Of a stretch of DNA of 64,000 nt, positions 25,657-37,879 are shown piece after piece. The notes below the pieces were generated by a model that was given only the letters and a program-made list of their open reading frames with translations, did not search any database and was not told the DNA's origin. Position numbers and translations under genes: made by a program. Source of the stretch: Raillietiella orientalis (lineage: Eukaryota); NCBI GenBank assembly GCA_036172245.1, contig JAYWIR010000009.1, positions 3,844,001 through 3,908,000 on the forward strand, written 5' to 3'. The first letter of the stretch is position 1. Every line of letters begins with the position of its first letter.

Positions 25657-26559
25657 CAGGCCCAGCCTGGCTGCCTTGTGGTTGGTTGTCTCAAGTCTTG
25701 CGGAGCGCACAGCTGGTCATAGGTCAGCCGGGCTTCCGGCCGTTGACGCTCGCCGTTCCCATCGTGCGTCGGTGCGATCTTTCGGGTTACCTCGCTGGTG
25801 AAGTCCTCGGAGGAGGCGCCAGAGGAGGAGGCAGAGGAGAGCCGCTCTCAGGCGGACGGCGGACTGGCGCCATCCGCGCCCGGAGATCCATGTGGGAGAG
25901 CCGTGCCCCTTGGGTACGGCTCCCGGAGTCTCCCCGAGACGGCAAGCGACTGCGGTCGCGTTGGTCAAGTCAGCGTTTGCGCCGGGACTCCATCAGGCGC
26001 GCCTCTCGCCGCGCCTTTTCGTGGCCGCGGGGGGATGACGCTGCATCTCGAGGACATTTTTTCTCCCGAAGCATGGCGAAAGTCCATCGGGGGGAGATCA
26101 GGAACGAGCCACAGCTGAGGATGCATCCCGAGTCCCTTGGGGGGAGGTGACCCTGTGACGCAGAGAGGCCCCCTGCAGGCGTCGCACGACGGAGGGCTCG
26201 TTTCGGGCATGCGGGGTACCTTGCGGGAAGTGCCCCCGATGCCAGCCAACGAGGCAGCGGGTCTGGACCTCGAGGCACGTGTCGGAGGCGGCAAACCCCA
26301 TTGGCAGTTCTGGTTTTTCTAGAGCTGCCCGCACGAAGTGTCCATGGAAGCAGAAGATCTCTCTTTAGATGGTCTCGAGGTGTGCCGCTGCTGAGGCGGG
26401 TCGCTTGAACGCCAGATTGACGTTCTCCCGAATCATGGAGCGACACATAGCACGATGTGCCGACTGATCTTCCCGAGCTCCCTAAAAACTCAGGTGCCCT
26501 CTACCGTAACCGGTTTTCGGACATAAAATTAGATGCCGAGGATGCTGCGATAACCTACG

Positions 26560-26720
26560 CATCAGCCTGAACTAAATTTGATAAGACCAGACTGTAGCAG
26601 TCTACGAGCACAAAAATAATGCCACGGGTCACCCCTAAGAACATTTACAGTGAGGACACATTCTGAATTTTCCCACGCTATTCCTGGTTTCGCCTAATGA
26701 TAGCCAATCTTTCGGATTCA
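26560..26720 (-). mobile_element. Possible C-terminal zinc finger remnant of an unrelated non-LTR element
   Basis: Reads GKFRMCPHCKC..GDPWHYFC across a frameshift. Confidence 0.35.
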
Positions 26721-26889
26721 ACGGTCTGTCCCTAGAAGTGGTACCTGGAATGCGTTTCCTGATGCACGAACTTCCTCTGACACACGGAAACCCGTAGATA
26801 GCCTCTGTAACATTCCCCTTTCGGGAACTGGACGCGTTCCCTTCGGGATTCCTTCCCCGAAGAGTCATGAGGAACAGATTCAATTCTCG

Positions 26890-28560
26890 GTGTGTTCCTG
26901 GAATTGTTTTTCCCCCTGTCTGACTTACTCGCCCCCTGGGGTGGTGGCATGACCTTGCTCAAAGAACTCCTGTGGAGGCATCTTTCCAACGCTCCCAGGG
27001 AATGCAGGCACGCCCGGGTACTCACTGATCTGGGTATAGTACTGATCTACTATAGCGCAGACTACGAAATCCTGATGATGATCCTGCGGAAACTGGGCTA
27101 CCCAGGATACTTCAGCGAGTACCTCGAGATGACTCCGCGAGACCAGCACTGCAAGACCGCGATCAGCGGACGAGGCACAGACGCAATCCGGATGGAAAGG
27201 AGAATTCTCCAGGGAGACACCCTCAGTCCGATGCTGCTTGCGGTCTGCACGGAGGGGGTGTCGTCCTTAATCAACAGAGGCGGCCGCCCTCAAGGAGTCA
27301 CCGTTCCTTCGTATGGCCTAGAGCAGCGTTTCCCCAGCTGTGTCCCGAGGAAAGTCAATGAGTGGTCCGTGGCAAAGTAGGAAAATTTTACATAATCAAA
27401 ACTGAGGATAAATGTTTGAGTTCTCTTCTTAACTCTTATATTTACTTGCTTGATTTATTAATTATTAATATCTACCTACCCTATAGAAATAACTAAGGTG
27501 TTCCGCTGAAATTTCAAGAAGTGTTACGTCAAAGGAAAAGCTTTGGGGAAACGCTGGCCTGCAGTGTGCGGACGATCTGCTCTTCCTGAAGGACGAGAGG
27601 GATCAGCATGAGTTCCTCGATGCAGTCGAGTCCTTGGAAAGAGGACTGGGTTTGAAGATCAACGCCTAAAAGTCACAACTGATGGACCTCTCAGCGTTAA
27701 CGGAGAAGGGGTTCCGAGTTGTGGATGACGCCGTAAGGTGCCCAGGAATTCACATCGGGGATGTTCTGCAGATCCAGTGAAACGGAATCCTGGGAAAGGT
27801 CAGGAAGGAAGCCACAAAAGTTCGTCCGAATCGATTTCAACAAGGAGCAGTGGAACGGCACGCTTCTTTTCTTCCCAAGGTGCTTTTTGGAGCCGCCTTT
27901 CGCCGAATGAACTCGAAGACGAGAACGAAAGTGGAACGGCTCCAGAGAAAGATATTCTCCGGAGGGAGCACAAACCTCGGATCACGCCGAAACTATTCTG
28001 GGTGCACTTCCGCCTGCGAGAGGAAGGTGGGACAGGGGTGAAGTCTCTGCACCAATCTGTGGACGGCGTGGATGCAGGACAGCTCCTGGATCTCACCAAC
28101 CACTGGGACCAGTGGTCTTATGCGATGCGTAGAGCATACTCGAAGCTGGTCAACAACTCGAGAGGCCTGACGTCAGACCTCACAGACAATCACGGAGACC
28201 GGGGCAGCATACCCCACGTGGAAGAGGAAGCAGTCACTCGTGATAACTCAACGCTCCAAGACAGTGCCTCGAAGCAAGGAACTGCGGCTGGATGAAGTGG
28301 CCATGGTCCCTCGGAAAACCTGGAAATAGATGGTCCAAAGTCCAGGAATGACCATCCGTGACTGCGAGAGGTTCGCCACGAGTGGCGACTGCCACAGAAT
28401 TGCGACTGCATCATGCAAGTAATGGGAAGATTCAGCCACAGGACCCGCGATCTCCGGAAGCATCAAGCGACCATCAGTGCTCGGCGCCTGATCACCGGAG
28501 CCAGCATCCGACACCAACGAAGATGACGCAGCGGCCAAGGCCGCCAACTGCTACGGGATC
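26890..28560 (+). mobile_element. Family B non-LTR RT pseudogene
   Basis: LRKLGYPGYF..AIRMERRILQGDTLSPMLL, then after the MITE LQCADDLLFL..ERGLGLKINA*KSQ, then LREEGGTGVKSL. Confidence 0.85.
27324..27556. mobile_element. 233-bp hAT-like MITE inserted just before the RT catalytic motif
   Basis: Perfect 13-bp TIR CAGCGTTTCCCCA / TGGGGAAACGCTG. 8-bp flanks GCCTAGAG (27316-27323) and GCCTGCAG (27557-27564). Removal restores GVTVPSYGLQCADDLLF in frame. Confidence 0.85.
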
Positions 28561-29445
28561 CGAAACGTGAACCTGCCAGCGGTTGGCACAGCGATATGGA
28601 GGAGCAACCCACCACCGGACAGCTTTTTAAGCGTGTGGACAACTCGGCAGCTAGCGGACGCTGCGACCCCGAGTCTCCCGCCAAAACGACGCTGGGGCGA
28701 ACTGCTCACGACACCTCCGGAGGAGGTGAAGTGGCCCCCAGCGTGTTGAAACGGTGACACCCTCCCTCTCCAGTGGCAAGAGGTGGCGTTGCTGTTGTTG
28801 CATTGGGGAATCCCATGCAAAGCACGCCTCCATCACTGGACACAAGGGAGTGTCGATGTCCATTGTGCAAAGTGCGGCCAGAAGGAGACCTCCCCGCACC
28901 TATTGATAGACTCTCTCTTTGATATAGACTCTTGTCGATCCTAAAAATCCCAGTGAGAGACTCCAGGAACATTTTTCGGCGCCTTTTCATGCGTGACTTC
29001 CTGCCGCCAGCCGCAACTCCAGCAGTTCTCTGCCGTGTCTGCGAAATCGTGGCAATCTGGAACGCCAGAAAAAGGGGCTACAATAGGAGGGATGCCATTC
29101 ATTGGACGGGAATCTTCTTGAAGACCGCTTCCCAATGGCCCCACCTGGAACAAAAGAATACAGAACTTATCAGCATCCTGGAGAGGATGCAGAGGACGTC
29201 TCTCGGAGAATAGTGATCCCTTCCCTGCCTTCCTTTCCCCGAAAAACTTCCCCTTTCCCATTTTTTTTTTCTTTTTGTTTTTGTTTGGTTTTCCCTTCCC
29301 TTTCGCCTCTGGAGCGGACCTCACCGGTCTGCGTACCGGTTTTGGCAAGTCCTTCGAGCGTGGTAGAACCAAGCGTTCTACCACGAATGTGTAAACATCA
29401 CGACCTTAATTTTATAATAAATGCCCCGGAAAATCCGGGTGAAAA
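28560..29445 (+). mobile_element. Family A non-LTR 3' fragment
   Basis: WTTRQLADAATPSLPPKRRWGELL..EEVKWPPAC, HWGIPCKARLHHWTQG..HCAKCGQKETSPHL and RDAIHWTGIFLKTASQWPHL. Terminal AATAAATGCCCCGGAAAATCCGGGTGAAAA. Confidence 0.9.
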
Positions 29446-30091
29446 TACCGGACACTTAGGATGGCTTCCTGAAGACCCACTCAGAATGCCATGCCGGTTG
29501 CCTCCCTTCGTTGCGAACGAGACTCCACGGAGCGGGACGTGTCGATGGCGCGGATGCAACATCTCGTTGAGATCACGGTGCCTGCAGTGACTCCCCCCCC
29601 CCCGTCTTGCGTGAAGTAACGCCGCTGCAGCAATTCCTTCGTGGTGTGTCCTGTGGATAGAAAATCACAGAAAAGAGTCTCCGCCAAATGTCCGCGAGGG
29701 CACTGCAGTCCACCTTCAAGAAGTTCGGAAAGGCAACTCTCCCGGAAACCAGGTCCCGCGCTGGCTGCGCTGGTTGCACCCCCGTGCAGAGGCAGCAGAG
29801 CATCTTGTGATTTCCAGCAGAGCGGGGACACAGAGGTGTTCAGGGAAAGGAAGTCCACGAGTCCATCAGCTGGCGCACCAAGCAGCTCATTCCTCCGGCG
29901 GAGTCCTCTTCTGCTACTAGCGAGGAGTAACGCTGTCCACAGTTCGTTCATCCCCGCAGACATCGAGGAGTTTCTAGGCTCCTTCGATTCATTCATGCAG
30001 CACAGCTCCCATCTCGCCAATTGGCTACAGTCACGGTTTGCCCTGAGAGCAGACGGTGCTGCTGCAAGAGTGAAGACCAACCACTATCCGG

Positions 30092-30393
30092 AACAAGATG
30101 GCCCCATCTGAGAGTCTTGAAACAGGAACTTGCCGGCATCCTTACAAGATGCAGAAGACGTTCTCCAGCATACAGTGATCCCTTCTCGAAGCCCTTGATT
30201 TTTCTAACTGTATGTTCTTTGTTTATTTTTTTCTTTTTATTTGTCTCCCCATCCCCTGTGCTCCCGCTGGCCTGAGTGCCAGATCCCGGCAGGTTCCTTC
30301 TTATAGTTATAAGTAACGTGGCAGGATCAAACGTCCTGCTACAGACGTTCATTTATTTTCTTTATAAATGAATGCCCTGGCGTGACCGGATGT
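30092..30393 (+). mobile_element. Extremely 5'-truncated (302 bp) family A copy with perfect 14-bp TSD
   Basis: Reads RWPHLRVLKQELAGILTR, then T-tract and ATGAATGCCCTGGCGTGACCGGATG. CAACCACTATCCGG at 30078-30091 and 30394-30407. Confidence 0.88.
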
Positions 30394-32757
30394 CAACCAC
30401 TATCCGGGGCCACTGCATCCACTCCTGCAGGATATCTCCTAGCGGATTCCACAGGAGTTTCCGCAGTGGATCAACTATTTCTGGGTGCACTTCCGCAGTG
30501 GCAACCCAGGACTCTAAGACCTCCTGCTTCCAGGCATCTCAGCTTTTTTAGAGGCAGGAGATCCAAGGATGCGATTCCAGCAATGGGGACACACGCCTCA
30601 GGGGGCGCCCGCATCCACTCGCCCTATGAACGGCTGCACGGCCAGCAACCAGAGAAGGGGACTCTTCTCTGACGGGGCATCTCTCTGGAGGATGAGGTGT
30701 GGAGGACGCCACAGACAGCTTTAGGCCCGTGGATGTACGTCCCGGTCCATCCCCGTGGCAACCTCAGTGCCACCTAAGAGAAGGCGAACGCCGCCGCGCA
30801 GGACGCGCGGAGAAGGTGGCTGCACCTGTGACAACGGCACCTTCCCGCAGTGTGATGGGAGCAACTGGTGGGTCCTCAAGTCTTGTCCACTCAACGGGAG
30901 GACGCAACCATGGTGGAAACGCGTCCCGCGGTGAAGAAGGGGACCTCGCGGATCAGCAATGCTTAGGACGTGTAGCTCGTGATGTGCTGGAAGAAGGTGC
31001 AGCTGGATGGATTGGAGGATCCGCGCGTGTGGGAGACGCAGCGGTCGAACGGGGCACCAGCAGGAATGATCGATCCTCTGCGTGAGATGGGTGGGTTGCT
31101 CCGCCCCGCGAGTATGGTGCGGCGGAAGCGTCGTGTGCATCGGCGGGTCGGCGGTGAGGAAGATGGACGAGGATGCAAGGAGGGGAGGGGAGTCGCAAGC
31201 ACCGAAGCGTCCTCCGGGGAAGTGCGAATTAGACAGCGGAAGCGACCAGCGCTCGAAATCCTTGATTCCAAGAGCAGTCTCGGACACCCAGCCAGCGGTC
31301 TGTCCTTGCCGCGCGACTGGCAAGTGTGCGACCAGCAAGAGCACTTCACCAGGTCGTGTGCGCAGCCGCGCCTCGCCCGCAGGATATCGGCGGCGCGCCA
31401 AAAGGGGATGCGGGATAGATTCCCGCTGACAAGAGATGTCCGGTTTTCCTGCTCCCACGCCCGAGGGCACTCAGCAGTGGGGATGGGAAGGGAGTATCTG
31501 GAAGAATAAAGTGCTGCCGGAGTAGACCTCCACGACAACAGCGGAGTTCTCGGAAGCAAGCGGAAAGGAAGGGAGGAGGCAGCACGGGCACCAGCTGCAG
31601 CAGCACCAGCTGCACCTCCTTCAAAGCATAGTTCCGAGGTGAGACGAAACTGGCAATCGACTGAGCCGCAAAGACAGGCGGCGAAGCGCTGGAGAAGACG
31701 CTTGCCCTTGCAAGAACCGGCGTCCCTCCCACTAGCAACCCGTTTCAATACGGGGCACTGCCTGTGAGCAACACTCTTAAGAGCAGGACAGAAAGGAAGA
31801 GCTGTCACTCATTCTGCACTAGCCCGCAGCATCCCTGACGATAACAAACCGGCGACCGAAAAGCGTGCGGTCTTTCTCAAGGTAATGGGCACGAGGTGGA
31901 GAGTTGTAAGGCAGCAGTCGACTCTCGAGGAACTCAGAGCTATTGAGCGGAAGGAAAGCCTCCATGCAGCATGCGGTCCCTCTCCGGCCATCATGACCAC
32001 ATGATGACTCTGGGAGTAGTAGTCCAGTAAGTGGAGAAGAAGAAGGAAAGGAAAAAAGGAAAGCAGTCGCTGTCGACCTAAGCTCTGGCGAGGCCGCAGA
32101 AGAAAGGGAAAATTCTCGCCATCTGTGGAGTGGCACGAAAGCTGCTAACCACTCAAGCATGCAACTGCAACTGCCGAGGACGCCACAGCCACTGAAGAAC
32201 AGGCGCTCGCTTGTCGTTCTCTTGCCCAATCCAAGGGAACACGCCGCCATAGCGACTGTCGTGAGCGGTCCTCAGAATGGGAGAGTTGGAAAGCTCTTTG
32301 CCGTCGTCGAACGGAAGCTGGAAAGAAAAATCGATGTTGCCTTGGAAGGTGCAAAGGAGCGTCGGAACGTCGAATGCGGGGATTCCGTTCGCTTTTGAGA
32401 ATCAAGGCACATTGCAAGAGTTCGCATGGAGCACCGCATCTCCACGCTGCGGCACAAACCCGAGTCCTCCCAGGGCCGTCTTCGTGGAACGGCCAAGGAC
32501 TGCAATGGAGTTTCCGATAAACACTGTGAAACGTTCTCGCCGCTCGGAGGACGCGCCACCTCACCGTACGCAAGAAGGAACAAGAAGAATCACCGAGGCC
32601 AACTGGCAGCATGCATGCACCGGCGAAACGCGTAGTACACGCGCGAACGTTTCGAAGCAGAACGGATTCTGGAAGCAGCCATCAGTAGGCAACGCACGCT
32701 CCTCTTCTGCTGGAAGGAGGAGCCTCGATTGCCTTTTTTGCCCGTTCGCAGCGCACG

Positions 32758-33159
32758 GCGCAGTGCGCGCGCTCGGTGGTGCGCCCCTTCCAGTGGCGAG
32801 GCACGCAGGCGTCCACGCACTCGACGGACGCCTTGCGGAATGTGCGCGCGCGTTCCAGCTCGAACCGGAACCAAGTTCCACTTCCTTCCTCTCGCCGTAG
32901 GGACCCTCCTGGAATCCGATTCGCTAGAGGACTCGCCCTGGCAGGCGGCCGCGGAAGATCTCGATTCTTCCTTCCTTCCTTCTGCCCCGCGACCACCGCG
33001 ACTCCCGCCGACCTGGACGTCCGCTTCCGGCAATCACTGAGGTTCCCGCCATGCGTTGCTCCCGTTCGACTTGCCTGGCGGGGACGTGTGAATCCCTGCG
33101 TCCCCTTACGACGAGCGCACGTTGCTGAAGATTCCTCCGAGTTGCTCTACAGGGAATGC
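32758..33159 (+). repeat. Near-identical inverted repeat arm 1a (partner 44606-45003)
   Basis: Reverse-complement identity seen directly. ORFs 32590..33033(-) and 44732..45127(+) share translations. Confidence 0.92.
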
Positions 33160-33321
33160 ACGGCAAGGCCAGAAATGCCCCCAATGTGCATCTGGGCAGT
33201 ACCGCCCTACCGCCGAGTCCCTCCAACCCCGAATTCAAAGCAACCCAAGGAAAAGTTTTCTTTTTTTTTTTAAGGGTGAAGGGGAGTGGAGGGGAGCGCC
33301 ACTGGTATTCCATTCAAGTCT

Positions 33322-33991
33322 CTAGCCGGTGGAAAGGTTTCGTGAAACGGAAAGTCCTCCTTCGGTCCACAGGGCACAGTGAAGTCACTCGAAGAGCTGC
33401 TGTTTTTCTCTCCTTTCTCCCCCTTGGCGTTCGCGGCGACGCGGGAACGTTTCCCCGCGTTCCGGTGGCGGCGTCCTTCTTCGCGCCTTGGTGTCCCCTT
33501 CTCCCCCCCGGGCAGTGGGGTGTCTGGTCGCCTCCAGGGAGTGCTGTTCGTTTCCTCCCCGGTATCCTTCTGTGGTTTCCTGTTCCCGCTTGGTGGGAAC
33601 TTTCGCCTCGTCCCGTGTGAATGGCTGCACGCGTGAATGGTTGCACGCGCGAGTGCGGCTTCGTGTCCGGAAGATGCGCGATTTGTGTGCCCAGAGTCCC
33701 GGTGAGGCAGAGTCCTTGGAGCCGAGTTGTTGCTCCTCGCTGTCCCCCCGTCGCAAGTGGGGCCGCTTCGGCTCGCGGACTGTACCGTCGGCGTCGACCC
33801 CTTGATGGGATGGAATTTCGTTAGGGCGCGAGCGAATTCCGTCCCGCCCGCCCGTAGGTGCGCGCGATGGTCATCGGTGCTGTACCGCCGGGGAAGCGTT
33901 AGCGACCCCTGGCGCCACCCGTCCGTTCTTCTCTTCCCATAGGCACGCAAGACTTCTGTTCCCTTTTGTTGAGCAGTAGTAGTGACGTCAC
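33322..33991 (+). repeat. Near-identical inverted repeat arm 2a (partner 37146-37818)
   Basis: ORFs 33270..33950(-) and 37187..37834(+) are identical over ~200 aa. Confidence 0.95.
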
Positions 33992-36900
33992 CTCCAATGC
34001 TCGTCTTGCCCCCTGTGGATTCGAGGCGTCTCTGGACGCGGGGACGTTTCCCTCGCGTTCCAGAAGCGTCTCACTCTTCGACACCCCACTGTTCCTCCCG
34101 GCCGTGGAGTGCCAGGCCTCCTGCAAGGAGCGTTCGCTCCCCTCGGCAGGCCTGTTGATAGGAGGCCATCTGTGTTTTCCGTTTCCTGCCAGGTGGGAAA
34201 CTTCTCGTACCTGCGCGAATGGGTTTCCACGAATGAATGGCTGCACGAGTGAATGAGAACACGTGTGAATGGGTGCACGCGTGTCTGTCGCTGCGTTTCC
34301 AGAAGATCCGAGAATGTGTTTCTTTCGGTCCCCATTTTTGTGTTCCCCATTCCGCGCTTCCCCGTTTTGTTTTTATTCCCCTGAACCCGGTGAAGACTGC
34401 ATGGGGTGAGTGGGGGATGTCTACGTTAGGCCACTGCCGGATTGGGGAAGTAGGACTTGGGGGACATGAATAGCTGCTTGTCGGTGCGTTTTCTCCTCAG
34501 CCTCCGAACTCTGGAGCGCTGGCGGGCGGTCCTTGCCCCGGATCGGGTGCAGGAAGGAAACATGCAAGTGGATGCAAGCCTCCGGCCAAAGGCACGGCAA
34601 TGCAGCTGCACTTGAAGGCCTTCTTTCCTGCGCTCCAATTCGACAGACGTGATCCTTTGGCGTGGCAACGTCCACATCTGCCACGGCCACGCCGTTGGGT
34701 CGGCGAGTCGCATCACGGCGAACGCAGCCCGACCGTGCATCCCGCTTCGAGGGTGCCGCCCCGGGATCCATGCCTATCCTTTGTTGTCTTTGGCAAATAA
34801 GGATCTTCGAGAGGTGACCTACGGAATTTCCGTCACCGGGTGTTCGGTACTGGAATAAGGTGCAAAAGGTGAGAGAGCGAGAAGAGGAACCGCTCCCCTG
34901 GGGGAGCGCGTCCCGGCCTTTGGGTTTTCCCGCTGCTCGCGTTGATCCTTAGGGAGCCCAAACACATCGATGCGGATTTTGCCACTGCTTTCTTTCTGAG
35001 GCAACTGCTGGCTCACAGCTTCCGCAAGTCACCAGTGTCCTCCATTCGGTGTGCTTTTCGGAAGGGCAATCATCAGCTCCCCCAGATGTTCGGAAATATT
35101 CGTGCCGCGCGAGCCGCGTGGACCAATGACTCAGGGATCCTTCCCTGCAGCCGTCGCAGAATTCGAATCCTAGATGGAATGCAGAGTTTTCTTTTTCCAA
35201 GCGGGAAAGTGGCTCCTCGGAGGTGAAAGAGCAGGGAAAGAGAAGTTCAAACCGAAGCCGCGCCTGACCTCCAGGGGTAGCGCCTGGGAGGAAAGGAGAT
35301 GGCGTCAAGCATCCTCACGTTATGTCCTTTCCTTTCGAATCTTCCTGTTGTTAAATTGTGAATTGCGGCTCATGAGAATAATATCCGGGATGACTCTGCA
35401 CGCGAGCTTGTGGTCCGGGTTTCCTGGAGCGAGTGCATCACTTCGGGAAGACGTTCGTCATGACGGGCGTCTGCCTGTGACCCATCCGTCTCGTTCGTAG
35501 CAGCGCGCTCGTGCTCCCTCGGGCATGTGCCCCGAGTCGGTGAGTCATCATCAGGCACCACGGCCGTATAGCGTGAATGTGGCTTCCAGCGGCCGCCTCA
35601 GATTTTCAATGCGCAGCCGAAAGAGAGTCATCGTCTGCGTAGGACCTTGTCATTGTTCGGACTTCAACGCCCAAGGGAGCCAACCAGGAAGGGGTCATCT
35701 GCCTGGCAAAAATCTCTAGACTTCCATTCTTTCTGCTGCCTGGTATAACCGACGGCTGACCGCCCGTTTTCAGTCGGAGAGTAACCCTGCAGGGGTACCA
35801 GGCGATTGGTCCTCGTGGGCTGCTACGTGTGGACGTGAGTTGGAACCGGGTCCAGTTGGAGCGCTCAGGTCCGCGGGAATGATTTTCCCTTGATGTTATG
35901 GTGTGAACAGCTGCATCGCGAGGACCCGTCACATCCCGCAGCTCACACCCGCGTCACAAACGATCCTGCGATGGTCTTCCGTGTGCTTTACGAGTGGGAA
36001 GCCAGTCGGGTCTTGAAGCATGCATGAAAGGTTAGGCGAGCGAATCACACGTGGTTTCCGGAGGCAAGAAGGATGCTCCAACTACCATGGAGCCCGGTGC
36101 CGCTCTTGACCTTTTCTGGTTTCTGAACCGGTCCTTACCATGGGCGTTTTCGTTGGTCAGCCCGCAACGTAGCATCCCGCACTTCTTTCGTGACATGGGC
36201 ACCAAGTTGTTATTCTCTTTGATCTGACCTTAAAGCCCGAGAGGCGAGCCGGAATTCTCACCTCTGGACACCTTGGATTCCAGTTAAGTTTCACATCGGG
36301 AAACAGAGATCCAGTGTTCCTGCCGTCGCCTAAACAGCTGATCTCGTTGAAATATTCGCAAGAGAAGATCCAAGTGTCCGCAGCATGCGCCTCGAATTCA
36401 GCGCCTGTTTCCATCGAGATGACCTTCACTCCCTCCGTTGCTTGGCTTGCGAGACATCAGCTACATCATGCTGATGGATCGAATGAGACATCGATTTCCG
36501 CATCATCGAAGTGGTGCAGCACAAATTGACGGCAACCAAACGGACAGAGCGAATCCACAAAAAAAGGATGCGCAGTGCTCACTGCCGCGACAAGCAGCAG
36601 CAGCAGCACCAGGACACCACCACAGAGTCAACAACCAACGCGACCGTCGAGTCCAGAAGAAAACAGAAAAGAAAGTCTCCCAAGGGAAGCCTCTCTGCAG
36701 CCGAGATTACGCAACCACCACGCAATGGGGAACCACCGAGGAAACCAATGACGATGCTCCAGGCACCACCAGGAAACCACAGTTCCTTCCATGTATCCCA
36801 GCCGATCTTCTTCCTCCTCCTCTCGACAGCAGTGCTTCACTCGACGCTTTCAGTTCATTTTCTTCTTCCCTTTCTTATTTCTTTCCCTTTTTTCTATTTT

Positions 36901-37145
36901 TTGTTTCTATTCCTGTTTTTTTTTTTTCTTTTTTTACTTTTTTTCCCTCTTTTTCCTTCTTTCTCTCTTTTTCTTTTATTTGTCTTTGTTTACCTTTTCG
37001 TTGCCAAAGAGCGGAATGGTATAGAAACCACCACGACGAAAAAAAAGAAAAGAAAAAGAAAAAAAAAACACCTCAGGAAACTAAAAAAGCGTCCACGCGA
37101 CCGGTAGCTCGAGAAATCTAAATGGAGGGGAAATATGCTGTTCCA

Positions 37146-37818
37146 CTGACGTCACTTGTTCTGCTCAACAAAAGGGAACAGAACTCTTGCGTGCCTATGG
37201 GAAGAGAAGAACGGACGGGTGGCGCCAGGGGTCGCTAACGCTTCCCCGGCGGTACAGCACCGATGACCATCGCGCGCACCTACGGGCGGGCGGGACGGAA
37301 TTCGCTCGCGCCCTAACGAAATTCCATCCCATCAAGGGGTCGACGCCGACGGTACAGTCCGCGAGCCGAAGCGGCCCCACTTGCGACGGGGGGACAGCGA
37401 GGAGCAACAACTCGGCTCCAAGGACTCTGCCTCACCGGGACTCTGGGCACACAAATCGCGCATCTTCCGGACACGAAGCCGCACTCGCGCGTGCAACCAT
37501 TCACGCGTGCAGCCATTCACACGGGACGAGGCGAAAGTTCCCACCAAGCGGGAACAGGAAACCACAGAAGGATACCGGGGAGGAAACGAACAGCACTCCC
37601 TGGAGGCGACCAGACACCCCACTGCCCGGGGGGGAGAAGGGGACACCAAGGCGCGAAGAAGGACGCCGCCACCGGAACGCGGGGAAACGTTCCCGCGTCG
37701 CCGCGAACGCCAAGGGGGAGAAAGGAGAGAAAAACAGCAGCTCTTCGAGTGACTTCACTGTGCCCTGTGGACCGAAGGAGGACTTTCCGTTTTCGGCAAA
37801 ACCTTTCCACCGGGCTGG
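37146..37818 (-). repeat. Inverted repeat arm 2b
   Basis: Reverse complement of 33322-33991. Confidence 0.95.
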
Positions 37819-37879
37819 AGGCCCTCGTTGGTAGGGAGGTTTCCGTAGCACTCGTTGCGCGGAGAAACCGGTATCTTGA

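Noticed and set aside
34213..34284. CRISPR-like repeat array
   Set aside because: Degenerate 16-bp tandem units with no spacers and no cas genes.
36511..37107. Phe/Leu-rich membrane protein ORF
   Set aside because: The hydrophobic and basic runs are translations of T-rich and A-rich low-complexity tracts.
33322..37818. DIRS-like or large TIR transposon bounded by the 670-bp inverted repeats
   Set aside because: No TSD, no recognisable tyrosine recombinase, RT or transposase between the arms, and homology resumes in a second arm pair further out.
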